NCBI GenBank assembly: GCA_047495785.1
Contig: JBLDXI010000028.1
Coordinates: forward strand, 434,001-498,000
Direction of reading: 5' to 3'
DNA: 64,000 nt
Origin: Lepidodermella squamata
Lineage: Eukaryota; Animalia; Gastrotricha
Program-made: the position numbers and the translations under genes
Shown here: positions 34,619 to 47,216 of the stretch, piece by piece
Position numbering within the stretch: position 1 is the first letter of the stretch
Layout: each line of letters opens with the position of its first letter
Notes under the pieces: generated by a model
The model's input: the letters and a program-made list of their open reading frames with translations, nothing else
Database searches by the model: none
Told to the model about the DNA's origin: nothing

Positions 34619-35339
34619 CAGTGATATTATTACTGCTGCTTTTTGATATAACCATTTTTTGTATTATCGACCTCTATGCTGATTTCTTCCATAAGTACCG
34701 GTGATTTTTACGACTAATAATAATAATTACAAATCGCTCTGTGCCGATTTTTCAGCATTTTTAATGAGATTCCCCGAGTTATATGTGCCATGGCTTTTTT
34801 CAAGAATAAAATAATCGTACGAAACATTGTTCTGTTCGAAATTTCTCATGAAAAATATCAACTACACAAATTGCCAGGTGGAATGAAAAACATTTTTGCA
34901 ATCCTTTAATGGTAATACGTTTCCGTCTGGTTACAGATTTTTGCTGAACATCGAACGAAGGTCTTACAAGTTGAAGACCATTTAATATCTACTTATCTCG
35001 CGAAAGCTGAATTCGATCATAGCGTTGCGAAATCAAAAAGTCCTTGAAATTCAGTTTATTGTCTATTGGACAGTAAAATTATTGCTTTCGACTGGCTGAC
35101 GTTCAGATGAAAAATAGCTTCGGTGGAATCAATCAAATGTTTTTCATTTGAATGCTTTTGGAAGACAACATTTTCAATAAATACAGTTCAAAAAACTCCA
35201 ATAATTTGCAGTAAAACGGGCTATCAACATGAGGGTTGAATGCGGGAAAAATATTTACTTTGAACCAGCAATATCCTATGCGCATTTCCTTTCTAATCTC
35301 CAATGCGCGGCTAAAATTCAGTGATTCAGTTTTTTATAC

Positions 35340-36497
35340 ATGATGCCGCACGGGATTTTAGTACTGCTAGCTGCATTTTTCTGCTGCTCCTGGGCATCAG
35401 ACTTCGTGTCGAAGCTCGATTCAACGGATCTTTTGATGACATGCCCGCAGTTATGGTACGAGACCTACACGCCAAATTGCTCAAGTGGAAGCGACATTGA
35501 CTGCACGCCAACAAAACTCCAAATCCAACTGCTCCTGGACCATTTCAACGGAATCGATGACGTGCAAGAAGTTTCCCACGTCTCTGGCTCCGTTCGCCTT
35601 AAATGGGAGGTCTACTGTGAAAACTTGACAAGCAGCATGACCGGGTTCCGTTACGTCAGCGAAAAGTTTTGGAGGCCGAGAATTATCCATTACAATGCTG
35701 TGTCAAATGTTGGGATGGCTGGAGATGGCTTCACAACCCGGGTTTTCATGAGAGCCGGATTCTCGCCTGGCGTCAAACATCGCGGATTTGTTATGCAAAC
35801 TATGGGAGTTTTCTCATCAAACTGCGCAATGGCTTTCGAAAATTTCCCGTTTGACGTGCAAATTTGCACGGTAGCATTTGTTGTGCAAGATATGGCATCA
35901 GCAGTCCATTTTTCAACTCAAGAAATCGTGATCTCCCCTGACTTTCTAGGCCCGGGAGATAACTGGAATCTACTGTACTACAACGCGAGCATTGATGCTG
36001 TGGATATCATTGGAAACAGGAGCAGGGTTGTTTTCAAGCTAACTTTTGCGCGAAACCCGGCGTTCTACATTGAAAATTTGATGGCTCCCTGCGCGTTTTT
36101 GACAGCCCTTCACATTCCGGCTTTCCTACTCCCGGCTGGCCATCAAGAACGGTCGAATTTCGCGATAACGATACTTCTGGCGTTAACATTTTTCCAGGGT
36201 GAAATACTCAACCAAATTCCCATCAAACCACAAAGAATTGTGATCAAATCATACACAAGAAACTGTTGTGTGCTGTCGTGGGCATGTACGATTTATTTTC
36301 TGGTTAGCTGTTTCACGGCTGAACAGTTTCGTGTCTGGAATTCAAGCCGGGTTCATAAACAATTGGCTCTATCGAACGGTAGAGCTCTCGATGTGATTTT
36401 TGCTTCGCTGGCAAGCATTTCTATAATTGCGGTGCAGTTCGAAGCTTTCCTGCGATTATCTTGCTACGAAGATTACGTTTATAAGTGTTCGAACTAA
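35340..36497 (+). CDS. Intronless divergent Cys-loop ligand-gated ion channel subunit
   Basis: Signal peptide, FWRPRI, Cys loop CAMAFENFPFDVQIC, pre-M1 RNPAFYI, M2 ERSNFAITILLAL, four TM helices. Confidence 0.9.
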   Translation: MMPHGILVLLAAFFCCSWASDFVSKLDSTDLLMTCPQLWYETYTPNCSSGSDIDCTPTKLQIQLLLDHFNGIDDVQEVSHVSGSVRLKWEVYCENLTSSMTGFRYVSEKFWRPRIIHYNAVSNVGMAGDGFTTRVFMRAGFSPGVKHRGFVMQTMGVFSSNCAMAFENFPFDVQICTVAFVVQDMASAVHFSTQEIVISPDFLGPGDNWNLLYYNASIDAVDIIGNRSRVVFKLTFARNPAFYIENLMAPCAFLTALHIPAFLLPAGHQERSNFAITILLALTFFQGEILNQIPIKPQRIVIKSYTRNCCVLSWACTIYFLVSCFTAEQFRVWNSSRVHKQLALSNGRALDVIFASLASISIIAVQFEAFLRLSCYEDYVYKCSN

Positions 36498-37078
36498 GCG
36501 TGATAGATAACGCCTATAAAACTCTGCTTCTAACTCAGCTTCTAATAAACCAGGGAGTGAATCCGATTTTGTGGTACTTTTTGTATATTCATAGTTGCGA
36601 CCCGGGCAACTCAGTCATAGCCGGCAATTTTCTGTCGCAAATATTTGCTATAGGTATTGAATGATGAAGCTATCAATAATCCCATACCATAATAAGAGGC
36701 AATTCCGAACCAGCAGTCGTCATTAAACACATGGGCAAATGATGGCTTTAAAGTCGAAATTTCGAGCACCCTGCACCCTGCAGACCAGGCCCAGTCAACC
36801 CTGGCTAATTCAGCAGTCAATTTAAATGCCACTGTGCACTCTGTTACACATTGTTACACTCAGTTGTATGAATTAAAATTCCACAGAGCTCCAGCATCGT
36901 AAAGCTACTTGTTTCCCGAAGAAAAGCATTGATTGCTGGATTGCACAAAATGCTTCAAAATACAAGCCGTTCGAGTTTATTTCGAAATACAAGCGAAGCA
37001 ATGAACATCTCAATAATCACATCTCCCTCAGCTCGACTCGCAGCTCTGCATCTTGAAGCCTGGACGATTTGTTGTTAT

Positions 37079-37403
37079 TCAAACCCGAAAAGTGAGACGA
37101 GCTTGGCCAGTTGGTTTGCTGGGATGCTTAGCTTTCCATGCCTTCAGTTCAGCCTCGCTCAATTTCTTCTGGTTCTTTGGCTTCTGGTTATGCGACGATG
37201 CAGCCCCTGGGCGCTGATGTGCCCCCTGTCCGCCTTGTCCGCCATGTCGCCTATTCTGCCCATCAGCCGCCACACCACGGCTTTCCTCTGACAGGATCTC
37301 ACTAGCAACGATACCAACCTTTTATAACGAAGAAATTCAAATTACAGGGCGTCAAAATGAGGAATTATCTCACCAATAGAGCCAAGACAATGTAGCGCAT
37401 CAT
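37079..37403 (-). CDS. Secreted cationic peptide precursor, copy D
   Basis: MMRYIVLALL|VGIVASEILSEESRGVAADGQNRRHGGQGG...NQKPKNQKKLSEAELKAWKAKHPSKPTGQARLTFRV*; same intron, promoter and 3' UTR as A and B. Confidence 0.8.
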
Positions 37404-40400
37404 TTTCTACCGAGAGCCGAGAGCGAAGAAAAAATTGTAAATTTGTTGAGAAGATAATTGAAATGTGACTGGCTGCTTGCTGCTAGCTCGGCTTTTTTAT
37501 ACCCTGGCAAACCATGTGATCTTCGTCGAGATCACAAGGTCGTTTTCAAGCACCTGCCATCAATTCAAATAAACAGACAACAGGTGTTTTTCCTTTCGAC
37601 AAGCCCCTGCAGGGGCAGTAAGTTTGTGCTAAATGGTAGAGACAATAGCGATGCAGCAAAATGAACCGAGAGATGGATATTTATCTCAAATTTATCTCAA
37701 ATTTGAAAGCCGACAACGCTGCATAGATGCACGCTAGTATATATGTATACAGCGCTAGCATTTTGTAATATAGCAGAAGCAGATTGGTATCAAGCATGAA
37801 GGAGACTAAAAAATCGAACCTTAAACTGGTGTATTTAATCTCGGTCACTATCAGCCAAAAGTGAATTTATAATTTACTTGCGTTTTCAGGGTAATTTTCT
37901 AAGCGGATGATATTCGATTATGCACAACAAATTTCTTCCCCTTTATTAACCACTTGTCATTGCGAAGATCCATCTGATCCTAGCAACGCAACTCGCGTTG
38001 CTAATCAGGTACATGACAGGTACACGGGAGTGAAGTTTATTCCCTGTCGTCTCTTTCTCCTCCTGTATAAAGTTTTGTTGTTTTACCTTTTTCTCAAGAC
38101 GAACGGAATAAAGATGATGTTATGTTATGTTTATACGGCAATATCATACGGCGATGTTGTATTTTTGTTTTTTTTCTGTCATGTACTGCAGCCCATACTA
38201 AGAATCATTCGTGATGTAAATGGCATCCGTGAAATTTTTTAATTAACAGCTATTTCCTTTGTTCTGCTCGCTATCTTTAAGCCAGTCGCCCCCAAGCAGG
38301 TGTCAAAACATTCCGCGAGTTGAAGCAATGGCATCTCCAGCGCCGCTACTGATGGTCTATTTGCGTTGCTTCACGTTTGGCTGCGAAATTCTTGCTGCGT
38401 AAAATGATGATAACATAAAATGTTCATATTATGGTGGCAATTTTCTCGGTTGCTATCAAAGAGCCCTAAAATGTCCACACTTAATTACCGCCCTTGATGT
38501 CCGAATGATATCCGAAAAATATTGAAACTTAACGAGATGTCACAAAATAAGAAATCATCGAAGCGAATACAACTGGAGCTGCTGCGGCCCAACCATCAGC
38601 CGAGCCGTTGCTCTTTCAGCCGTTACCACAACTTCCGCCGCCTGGCAGGCGCAGCAGCTCCAACCCTACAGCCTCAGCAGTTCTAAGCTCAGCCACTTTG
38701 TCCTGATTGTATGGCACAGCATTAAGCAATTCGACCGCGATTACTGCAGGAGAATGTACCCCAGCTGATGAGGCCGCAGAGCGTTTATGGCTACCGCCAG
38801 TCCATCCAAGGGCACATCATCCAGGCCCAGCCTCGAGTTTCCACCTGAAGTTACCTTAACAGCTTCAACGTTCAGCCAGCAAGAAAGCTCGAGAAGCCAC
38901 TTCAATACCACAAAATGTGTTGCTTCTGATTTCCATTGATGTCGGGGCTTGAAAAGAGGCTTCTTCACGTGCTACGAACGCGATCTTAGCTAGTAATGAA
39001 TGCTGATGGTGCCTAAGCCCAGACCTCTCGTGAATATCAAGGACTCCCCCATACCCCAACTCCCCAAAGAAAGGATGACGAAATCAAACTCGATTTGTTA
39101 GCGACCTAACTTTATGGTTCCACTGGCACGACTCGCACGAGATCGCAGCTTTCCAAATGCCGAAGAAGTGTCTTGCAAGACGAGTTTGTACAGCATTCTT
39201 CGAAAAGCTCTGAAGAATCCAACGCCAGAGATGGGATTTTTTGATATTCTGACGGAGGAATCGCCCCAAGCCGGGAGAGACTGGTTAGTACCAGGTGACT
39301 TGTAACAGCAAGGCGCTTCTGTGGCATCACGAAACCTTGGCCAATGCAAATTTTTCAATCGATTGTTGGTCTGTAAAACAGTTTTTCAAGCCAAAATAGC
39401 GTCTCAAATAAAATCTAACACTGGAGCTGCCTGGAAAATAAGAATTTCAGGCTGAATTTTGATCTGCTAGCATGACTTGTTGAATCCAGACAGTTAGCGA
39501 AAAATTAGCCGTTTTTGCCGAAAAAATTACCAGTTTCATTTGTTGAGTTCTTTCTTGATGCGCAATTTCGGCGTCACTAACTACCGACCACATGCCACAT
39601 GGCTGAATATATTTCGGAAATATAATCGGTTCTCAGATTCGTTGCATACCAGCCGCCAATAGCCGTGGAAAACGATGAGCCAAAGGAGGCAGACGCCGTG
39701 AAAAATAATAGCATCTACTTTATTTTTACGACCGAGGTCGTAAAAACGTTATCTGTGTTTACCAAATTTCAAATTTCTATCCTGTAAACTAAGTCGTTTT
39801 TTAAACGGGTTAACCGCACTCTCTATTAAAGCTATCTTCATCCAGTCATAATTACATTCGAGGGCTCGACTTTCGTTTATTTTCGATGGGACAACTTGAC
39901 CAAGATAAGAGACGGTGCGGAACAGATCATGTTTGCTGAAAGAGTACAGATCATGAGTCAGAACTAACCGTGTGACAACAGCCTAAATTTGGGTTTCAGC
40001 AAGAAATGTTAGGATCCGACACTATTCGAGACACTATGTGTTTATTATTATTTGTTTATTCTTCGGTGAAATAGAAGAAAAAGATGGGAGACGTTTCCGG
40101 TAGGTATAATTTTAAACAATAAAATATAACTTTTATGCAAAATTCGCAAAATGAGAAAACGATTGCGCAACTTATGGGACACCCTGTAGGAAAAATGCTG
40201 TCCACTCGAGAGTACCAGGTAGCCACAACCCGCAAAAAGCCGGGAACCACAATCGCCTAAAAACCATTCTGCGGCATAGTCAGCCACTTTGCAACAAGAG
40301 AAATTGTATAAGTACAACATGTTCGGTTATTCCTGGAATGGAAGGGCATGTAAAAGGGGCGCTCAGACTCGTGGTTCGTTTTACTCTGTTTTACCCTGTG

Positions 40401-41453
40401 TCCCGGTGTCCTCGAGCCAGAAATGTTTGCCACAGCCGAATTTGGGCAAGCCAGAGTAACCTAGTCAGAGGGCTATCGTTTCTCCTAATGAACCTTCTTT
40501 TCGGTAGCGGAATTACGGTTAGCTGGCCTGGCCGAGGTGCAAATATATTCAGACCATTTCGAATTTCCGCATCAAAAATTGCCATTTCGACGAAGCCATT
40601 TGGTTTATTCGTATATTATTAATAATAATATAAATTTACTTGCGCCGCAGACACAACTAATGACGAAGATGATGCCGGTTTATATACACAATATACACAT
40701 TCGCGATAATATTTATAAATAATAATTACTATGATTTGCCCATCATCATCCGCCATCACGTAATAGCCAGTAGAGTACTATGATAACGGTAACGTATTCA
40801 ATAGTTTTACATAGGCGACATTGATCATACTATACCGAGTGAATTTTACGCGCCCATAAACTGACCATCAATTCAGGTTTCACAAGGTATCATAATATTA
40901 TAATTCATCGTTTTTCAAGCATCACAAAAAATGACAAGGAAAAAAGAAGAAATTTTGTTTACTATCAAGTAACCACAAGTTTTACTCATTGTTATTATTC
41001 GCAAGAACAATCAACCAGAGATGAAAACAGCGAATGCGTAAAAAATCACACCATTGTTAGCTTTTTCAAAGTTAGAGTCAAGCGAGACAGAAAAAAGAAT
41101 CAGTATTCAAGGCCGAAAATTGGACAAAAAATGCACGATATATCCCGAGTAGAACTGATCAACAATTATAGTCACAAAATCTGAGATTTTTTCACGTTTA
41201 TAATTTTTTAACCGAAAAAGACGATCATCATAGTTTTTTTTCATCACGTGGAATGACAATTTTTGGTGCTATTGTTAACCTAACAATATTGATCTTACAA
41301 GCGGAAGAAAAATGGATGTGTTTTTTTCATTTACGATAAAATCTTGACTTGAACATGCACGAAAAACGCTGTCAATGTGAATTGCTTGATTAGAAAAATT
41401 TCCCATTTATTTCAAAAATTATTGATTATTATTTTTTCGATTTTTTGGTCTCT

Positions 41454-43922
41454 TCAAAATCGATTTCCGCCGCTGCCCTGAGCCGCGCCATTGAATGCGT
41501 TTTGCGCGGCTGCTTGCGCCGCCGAAGCCGCGGCCTGTTGCACGCCCTTGTTCGACATGACGCCGCTGGCGAATTCGGCCTGCGCCCGGCTCAGACTGGC
41601 GCCGCTCGCTCGGTAGATGGCGTGGACGCGCAGCAGGATCATGGCGTCGGCGCATGCCATCAGGCCGTGCAGCACGCCGCTGATGATGGCGACCACGCCG
41701 ACGGCTGTTAGACTCGCGCTCTTGTTGACAAGTGTCACGCCGTTGAGGAAGCCACTAATGAAGAAATAATATCAAGTAAAAAATCGAGAAAATTCAAACA
41801 AAAAATCAAAGAATTTCAGAAAATTGAATTTTTGAGCGGTAAAAAATTTGATCACAAATTTAGAAATTAATCGAGAAAAATTACTCAAAAATACTCGGAA
41901 ATTTGGACTTTTTGAAAAAAATCTCAAAATCTTTGAATTATTGTGATACCCTTTCAAGGCTTACCATACCCTCCAAACTGGGCTGCTTTGAAAAATGTTG
42001 GAAAAATCAAAATGAGTCCCATGCCCGCATTTTCCAGCCGAATTTTAAAATTTGCCGTAACTCCAAAAATAATGAATTTCCGCTAAATATTCTCAAATTT
42101 CGATAATTTAGTAGCTATACTTACGGGACATAGCCGGGAATGCCGACAGCGTGCAGAACGTGTATGACGAATTGAACGGCGAAGACGATGAAAAATACGA
42201 AGAAGTTGAACGAGGAGTCGTCGCGGAAGGCCTTGTAGACGGGGCGGAACCAGCAGACGTAGCTGAGCGGTACGCAGATCGCCAAGTTGACTAGACATAT
42301 GCCGAAGCTAGCACCGCCGTCCGTGGCGCCGAGCGAGAGAAACGCAAGCGCCAGCGCCATGTCCCACACCAGCATACCGCAGAGGACTGATGGCAAGCAT
42401 ACAGAACACATGTTAATTCATGAAACCCAAAAAATTGCAGCGAAATTCGATGAATTTTGAAATTTGTCGAATTTCGTGAATAAGCAAAAAAAATCATTTT
42501 TTCAAAATTTAGTCATTAAAAAGTCATTAAAAATAATTCTGTTGTTTTCAATTTCTTTCTTAAACAAATATGAATATTGCTTTTAGATTCAAATTCTATT
42601 GTTGTTCAAATCATTGAAAAGGATATAAATAATTAAACACAATGAATTTCTACAAACATTAATACTGATAGCAATGCAAAAAATCGAATATGGCAACTGA
42701 AAGAGGAAAGAAGGGAAAACTCACACATCCAGAAGTAAAAAATGAGCTTGATGAGTCGCTGAAATTCAACCGGGATTTCTACGTTAATGTCTTGATAAAA
42801 GCACGGCTTGATTTTACAACACGCGGGCAACGGCGGGAAGTTGTTCGTTTTTACTGGAAACCAACATGAAACGTAAAAGAAAACAAGACAAAACATAAAA
42901 AAGTGAACAACAACAACAACAAAGGTGAAAATATACGTCGAAAATAGGTGGAACACTTATAGAACTAAAACAACCACAATATTTAACCCATTTGAAGCTA
43001 TTTTGTTGTTTTTTACTTACAAATAAAGTAGTGATAGATGCGCTTAACCAGCCCCTGCATTTCGACGGGAATTTCAGCGTCGATGTCCATATAAACGCAT
43101 GGTTTAATGGGACAAAACGCTGGCAGAGGCGGCCAGTTAGGAATTCGCAGAACTGTACCAAAATTTTAGAAAAATCGAGCAAATTACAAATTATTTCTCT
43201 AAAATTGACGTTAATGTTTTCATTTCTTCTTGAACAGTATAACCAGATTTTTTTCCTAAATTCCACCGATTTCTGGGGTTAAATTTCCGTCCAAGACCCC
43301 AAATATTTCAAACTCTGAAATTATTTTCCCAGTTTCTATAATCGATCCAAAAAATAATTTGAAAGTCTTGATCTACAGCATAATTTTTTATATTAATTAT
43401 TCCCACCTTCCCGAAATTCCATATTGAAAAAATCCGCTTTAAATTCTAGCTAGTTTTCCTAACGGCTAATCTCTCCTAAATTATGCGCAACCTGCTTCCC
43501 GGGAAAATAAGGACGATCGTGTAATGAAAATGACGAGCCGACGTACCTCCCATTTGCATGTTCTTCAATTCTTGTTCTTTACGCATCAACTCAGCCGCTT
43601 TCCGCTCGAGTTCTTCCTGGCGCCGTTGCAACTCCTGCGTGTCGATATTCGTCGCCTGGGCGCCGCCGTTTTTCACCGGCTGATTCGATGGCACAACAAC
43701 AGGCGCTTGCTGCACGAAGGTCGGCGCAACAGCCGCTTGAGCTGGCACGGGCTTCGACGCGCCTTCAAACGGGTTGTAATCGTCGAGAACGGCCTGCGAA
43801 GTGGCGGCGGCTGGGGCGGTGACGGGCTGCGTAACAGGCGCGAAGGGCTGAGCAGCAGCTCGAACCGACTGGTCGGAAAAATACCGATCAGCCTCCGGAT
43901 TCGCAAACGGATTGTCAGACAT
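41454..43922 (-). CDS. SCAMP: Secretory carrier-associated membrane protein with a duplicated exon 2
   Basis: NPF repeats, [17 protein letters not shown](W/F)PPLP..KPC(V/F)[43 protein letters not shown]. Confidence 0.95.
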
Positions 43923-44133
43923 TCGAAATTATTATCGGCAAGAATAAAATTGCCTAAAAGAATAAGAATTTCCGAATTTAGTTTCATTATTCTCTCTTTC
44001 CTCGAGTTATCATCCCAGATTTACAAAAAGCAATTCAAAGACAAGATATGGAAAACAGACGACAGAATTAATAATAAAATGGAAAGCGAATATCAATTAT
44101 ATTACACAAAATTTGTTAATTTTTTCCGTATTT

Positions 44134-46311
44134 TCAGAAAGCATTCACAGTCGTCGATGCGTTCAACGCTAGTTGGTTCTGCTGAGCCCAAGCCGCCGCA
44201 GCTAGAACCTGTAACCGGTAGATGAAGAGGGCAGCCACGAGGCAAACAACCAGAGAAACGATGCCGATCGCTAGCAACGCGTTATCCGTCGCAGGGTCCA
44301 CCATTAAATACAGCGTCAATTGGCCGACAGAGCCCGACCAGTACGACTCGGTCCATGACGAATCTTGGCTCTGCAACATTTGGTCCAAAGTCGGTGGGTT
44401 TTTCGAATCTGCTAGCAACGGCGAGACGGAATATTGAACCCAGGTCGAGGCAGATAGGCACTTCAAATCCTTCGAAATTTGATACGCAGCAACTCCACGT
44501 GGATTTGTGCCGTTATATTGCGATTTGAATGTTTTGAGGCAGTCATCCAATGACGATGAGGCATTCGTGCCCTGAACTTCCTGCCCGAAACTTGCGTGGA
44601 GGAACGTGCCTAGCATAGCCAAGGCCGCTCTTGTGTTGTTGTAGGTCGGCGGCCAGGGTAATGGCTGGTAGCCAAGCGTGTAATAATCAAAGGCACTTGG
44701 CATTTGCTTGGCATTAAACCCGGCTAGAATGACGTCAGAACTCGTGTAAGGCAACAGATCCATCAAAGCCGATGAGTTACTTTCCACAACTTTCGAACAA
44801 TTTGACGCGAAACAAGCGTAGAAATCGGAAATTAATGACTTCTCAAGTTTGAAATTCTTAATGTTGTCGCATTCTCCGCCCGATTTTTCTGTCAAAACTC
44901 GGCAGTACAAATTAGCCAAGCCGAGGCTAACCGGTATAATAGAAGTCAAAAACTCATTTCGATTCGACAGCGATTCAACGGTATCTCGGTGGCTGTGATA
45001 GTAATCTGAACGAAATTTCGCGTTTTCATAGTCAGTGATGAGAACAGACGGTACGAAACTTGACAATCGGCGGGTAAAACCGTGCAGAGAACTAGGTGGA
45101 ACGGTTGGATTAGAGCTTCTACTAACTGTTACGTTGAAATCCGTCAGCGATTTAGTAATCAACTTTGCCAAATCACCCTCGCTCGGCGTGTTTCGGCCGA
45201 AGTGAAGGTAAACAGTAGGATCGGTAAGCAAGCCCAACTCTCCGATTTCGATTATTCCAGCGATATGCTGCGTTTTCAACACACGACCTCCCAGCCAAAT
45301 ACCATCACCTTCCAATGCTTTCGCAAATGTTGAAGATCCGATGTAGTCCAGTGCTTCGCCGTCGAGTATTGCGAAGACAACCTCTTTGGACGAGCTGAGC
45401 GACAGAACCGACGGGAATTTCGATAATACGTAGGCTGATGCTGATAGGACTGAAAAACTTGCGGCTACGTACGAAGCAGATGGTGTTTTTTGAGCAATCA
45501 TACTGACAGCGTCGCCTCGACTGACGATAAGCACAACCGATTGGTTTTTACGGTCTTGATTGACCGAAGGCTTTGCTGTGGAAACTATAACACTTGTACC
45601 GTGGACAGGGCCGCAAGTATCTAGCCCGACCGAGCCTGTGAGACCTTTCAAAATTTGCAGAAGTTCAAGATTGCCACGTCTGAGGCAGATATCGGTATTT
45701 CCTGCGCCCTGCATAAACGAGTCAAGTTTAGCAGCACAACGAGGCCAAGACCCCGAATTGTATTGGCCAATGCAGTCATAAACCCGGGCAATTTCTGAAG
45801 TATTTGTTAACAAAAAAACGGGGAACGAGATGTCTTCGAAAAATATTCCAGATCCAGGAGGATTCCACGGGTTGGCTTTGTCGCAAGCTTGGTCTGTTCC
45901 GTTAAGACCATACATAGACGCTCTGTTGTTTGGGCAAGTGTTATCAAATGATAACTTGAAGTTTATTGGCTCAGTGGAATTCATGACGGCAATAATCCCG
46001 GATAACACACTTGTTTGACTAGAACGAACAGCTTTGATTAAATCCATCGTTAAAAGTTTGTCAGGAATGACTATGACAATTGAGGTATCGTGCTTCCGGT
46101 TAAGAGTAGACTTGACTGCGTCGTAAGAATCCGCGCGTTCCAGTACGCCGGTTGCTCCAGATTTAGGAGAGGTACATCCAATCTGATTTGTAGCGTTGAA
46201 TCGCTTAAAGCACATGTAACCGGATTCAAGCTTGTCGTAAAGCCTCGATGAAAGATCTCCACATAACACGGCCGGCACGAAAGCTAAAGCTATTATAACC
46301 AACACCCTCAT
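44134..46311 (-). CDS. NCSTN: Nicastrin (gamma-secretase subunit), intronless CDS
   Basis: CFKRFNATNQIGC, WNPPGSG, GEALDYIGSS, PPSSL, WTESYW, single C-terminal TM helix; 725 aa. Confidence 0.95.
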   Translation of the reverse strand: MRVLVIIALAFVPAVLCGDLSSRLYDKLESGYMCFKRFNATNQIGCTSPKSGATGVLERADSYDAVKSTLNRKHDTSIVIVIPDKLLTMDLIKAVRSSQTSVLSGIIAVMNSTEPINFKLSFDNTCPNNRASMYGLNGTDQACDKANPWNPPGSGIFFEDISFPVFLLTNTSEIARVYDCIGQYNSGSWPRCAAKLDSFMQGAGNTDICLRRGNLELLQILKGLTGSVGLDTCGPVHGTSVIVSTAKPSVNQDRKNQSVVLIVSRGDAVSMIAQKTPSASYVAASFSVLSASAYVLSKFPSVLSLSSSKEVVFAILDGEALDYIGSSTFAKALEGDGIWLGGRVLKTQHIAGIIEIGELGLLTDPTVYLHFGRNTPSEGDLAKLITKSLTDFNVTVSRSSNPTVPPSSLHGFTRRLSSFVPSVLITDYENAKFRSDYYHSHRDTVESLSNRNEFLTSIIPVSLGLANLYCRVLTEKSGGECDNIKNFKLEKSLISDFYACFASNCSKVVESNSSALMDLLPYTSSDVILAGFNAKQMPSAFDYYTLGYQPLPWPPTYNNTRAALAMLGTFLHASFGQEVQGTNASSSLDDCLKTFKSQYNGTNPRGVAAYQISKDLKCLSASTWVQYSVSPLLADSKNPPTLDQMLQSQDSSWTESYWSGSVGQLTLYLMVDPATDNALLAIGIVSLVVCLVAALFIYRLQVLAAAAWAQQNQLALNASTTVNAF

Positions 46312-47216
46312 TGCAAACTAGAAATTGATAAAAATAACAGATAATTTTTGAATAACGCATTGAAAGTTGAAAGAAGTAAGCACAGTAAAACTGTAAAATC
46401 TCAGTGAGTGATCTAGGTTCTTAAACATCCGCAAACTGACCGAACTTCCTCCGTAAATAAAAATAAAAGAATTCAACAGCGTATCGAACAAAAACAATAT
46501 AAAAAATTAACATAGCAAATAGACCATTACGCTGCTTGAAATAACTTATTGAATACTTAGGGACCTACTATTTAAAATGGATGACAGGTGCATTCATTAA
46601 CCTGATGAGTAAGAGAGGCGTAAAGCTAAGAGCTAAGGCGGCAACAACGCCCACACCTTTGATCTTCTGCCGCTTGTTCAAAACTTATTTTCGATCCGCG
46701 GTATTAATCATAAAGTAATGACGGCAATTCAAATTTTGTCATTTCCGGAAATAATTTCCATAAAATTTAAATTCAACTGGTCCCAAAACAAAAATGATTT
46801 GGAAATAATTTTTTATTTTGTAAGAGGAAAGGGCGCTCCATTTTTGGCGGCGCCCATCATCGTTCGCAGAAGTTCGCTGAAGTTTGAAGTTTGCTGAAAG
46901 TGGCAGCAAGCCTTCCACGTTCTAACCGCAATTTGATCTGCGTTTTGCGGTTTCTTCGTTTTTCTTAGCTGTTTGTGGACAACTTTTCATCTTCTTTGGT
47001 ATATTATCATGCTCACCACAAAGGATGCTCACATGCTTGCTCCGTGGTGATGATGACCTTTGACCCCTCGGTATTTTCACGTAGATGAGTTAAGAATTGC
47101 TCTCAACTCGTAATTTTCATCTGGTTTCTTGTATTTTATAGAATATGAGGTTAATTTAATCATCTATTGCTTCAACTTGGAACTGCAGCCGTCTGCAGAC
47201 CGCTTTTTGACCAAAA

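Noticed and set aside
43524-44225. 233-aa + strand ORF spanning SCAMP exon 1 and the nicastrin end
   Set aside because: Antisense to two real genes, with no recognisable motifs.
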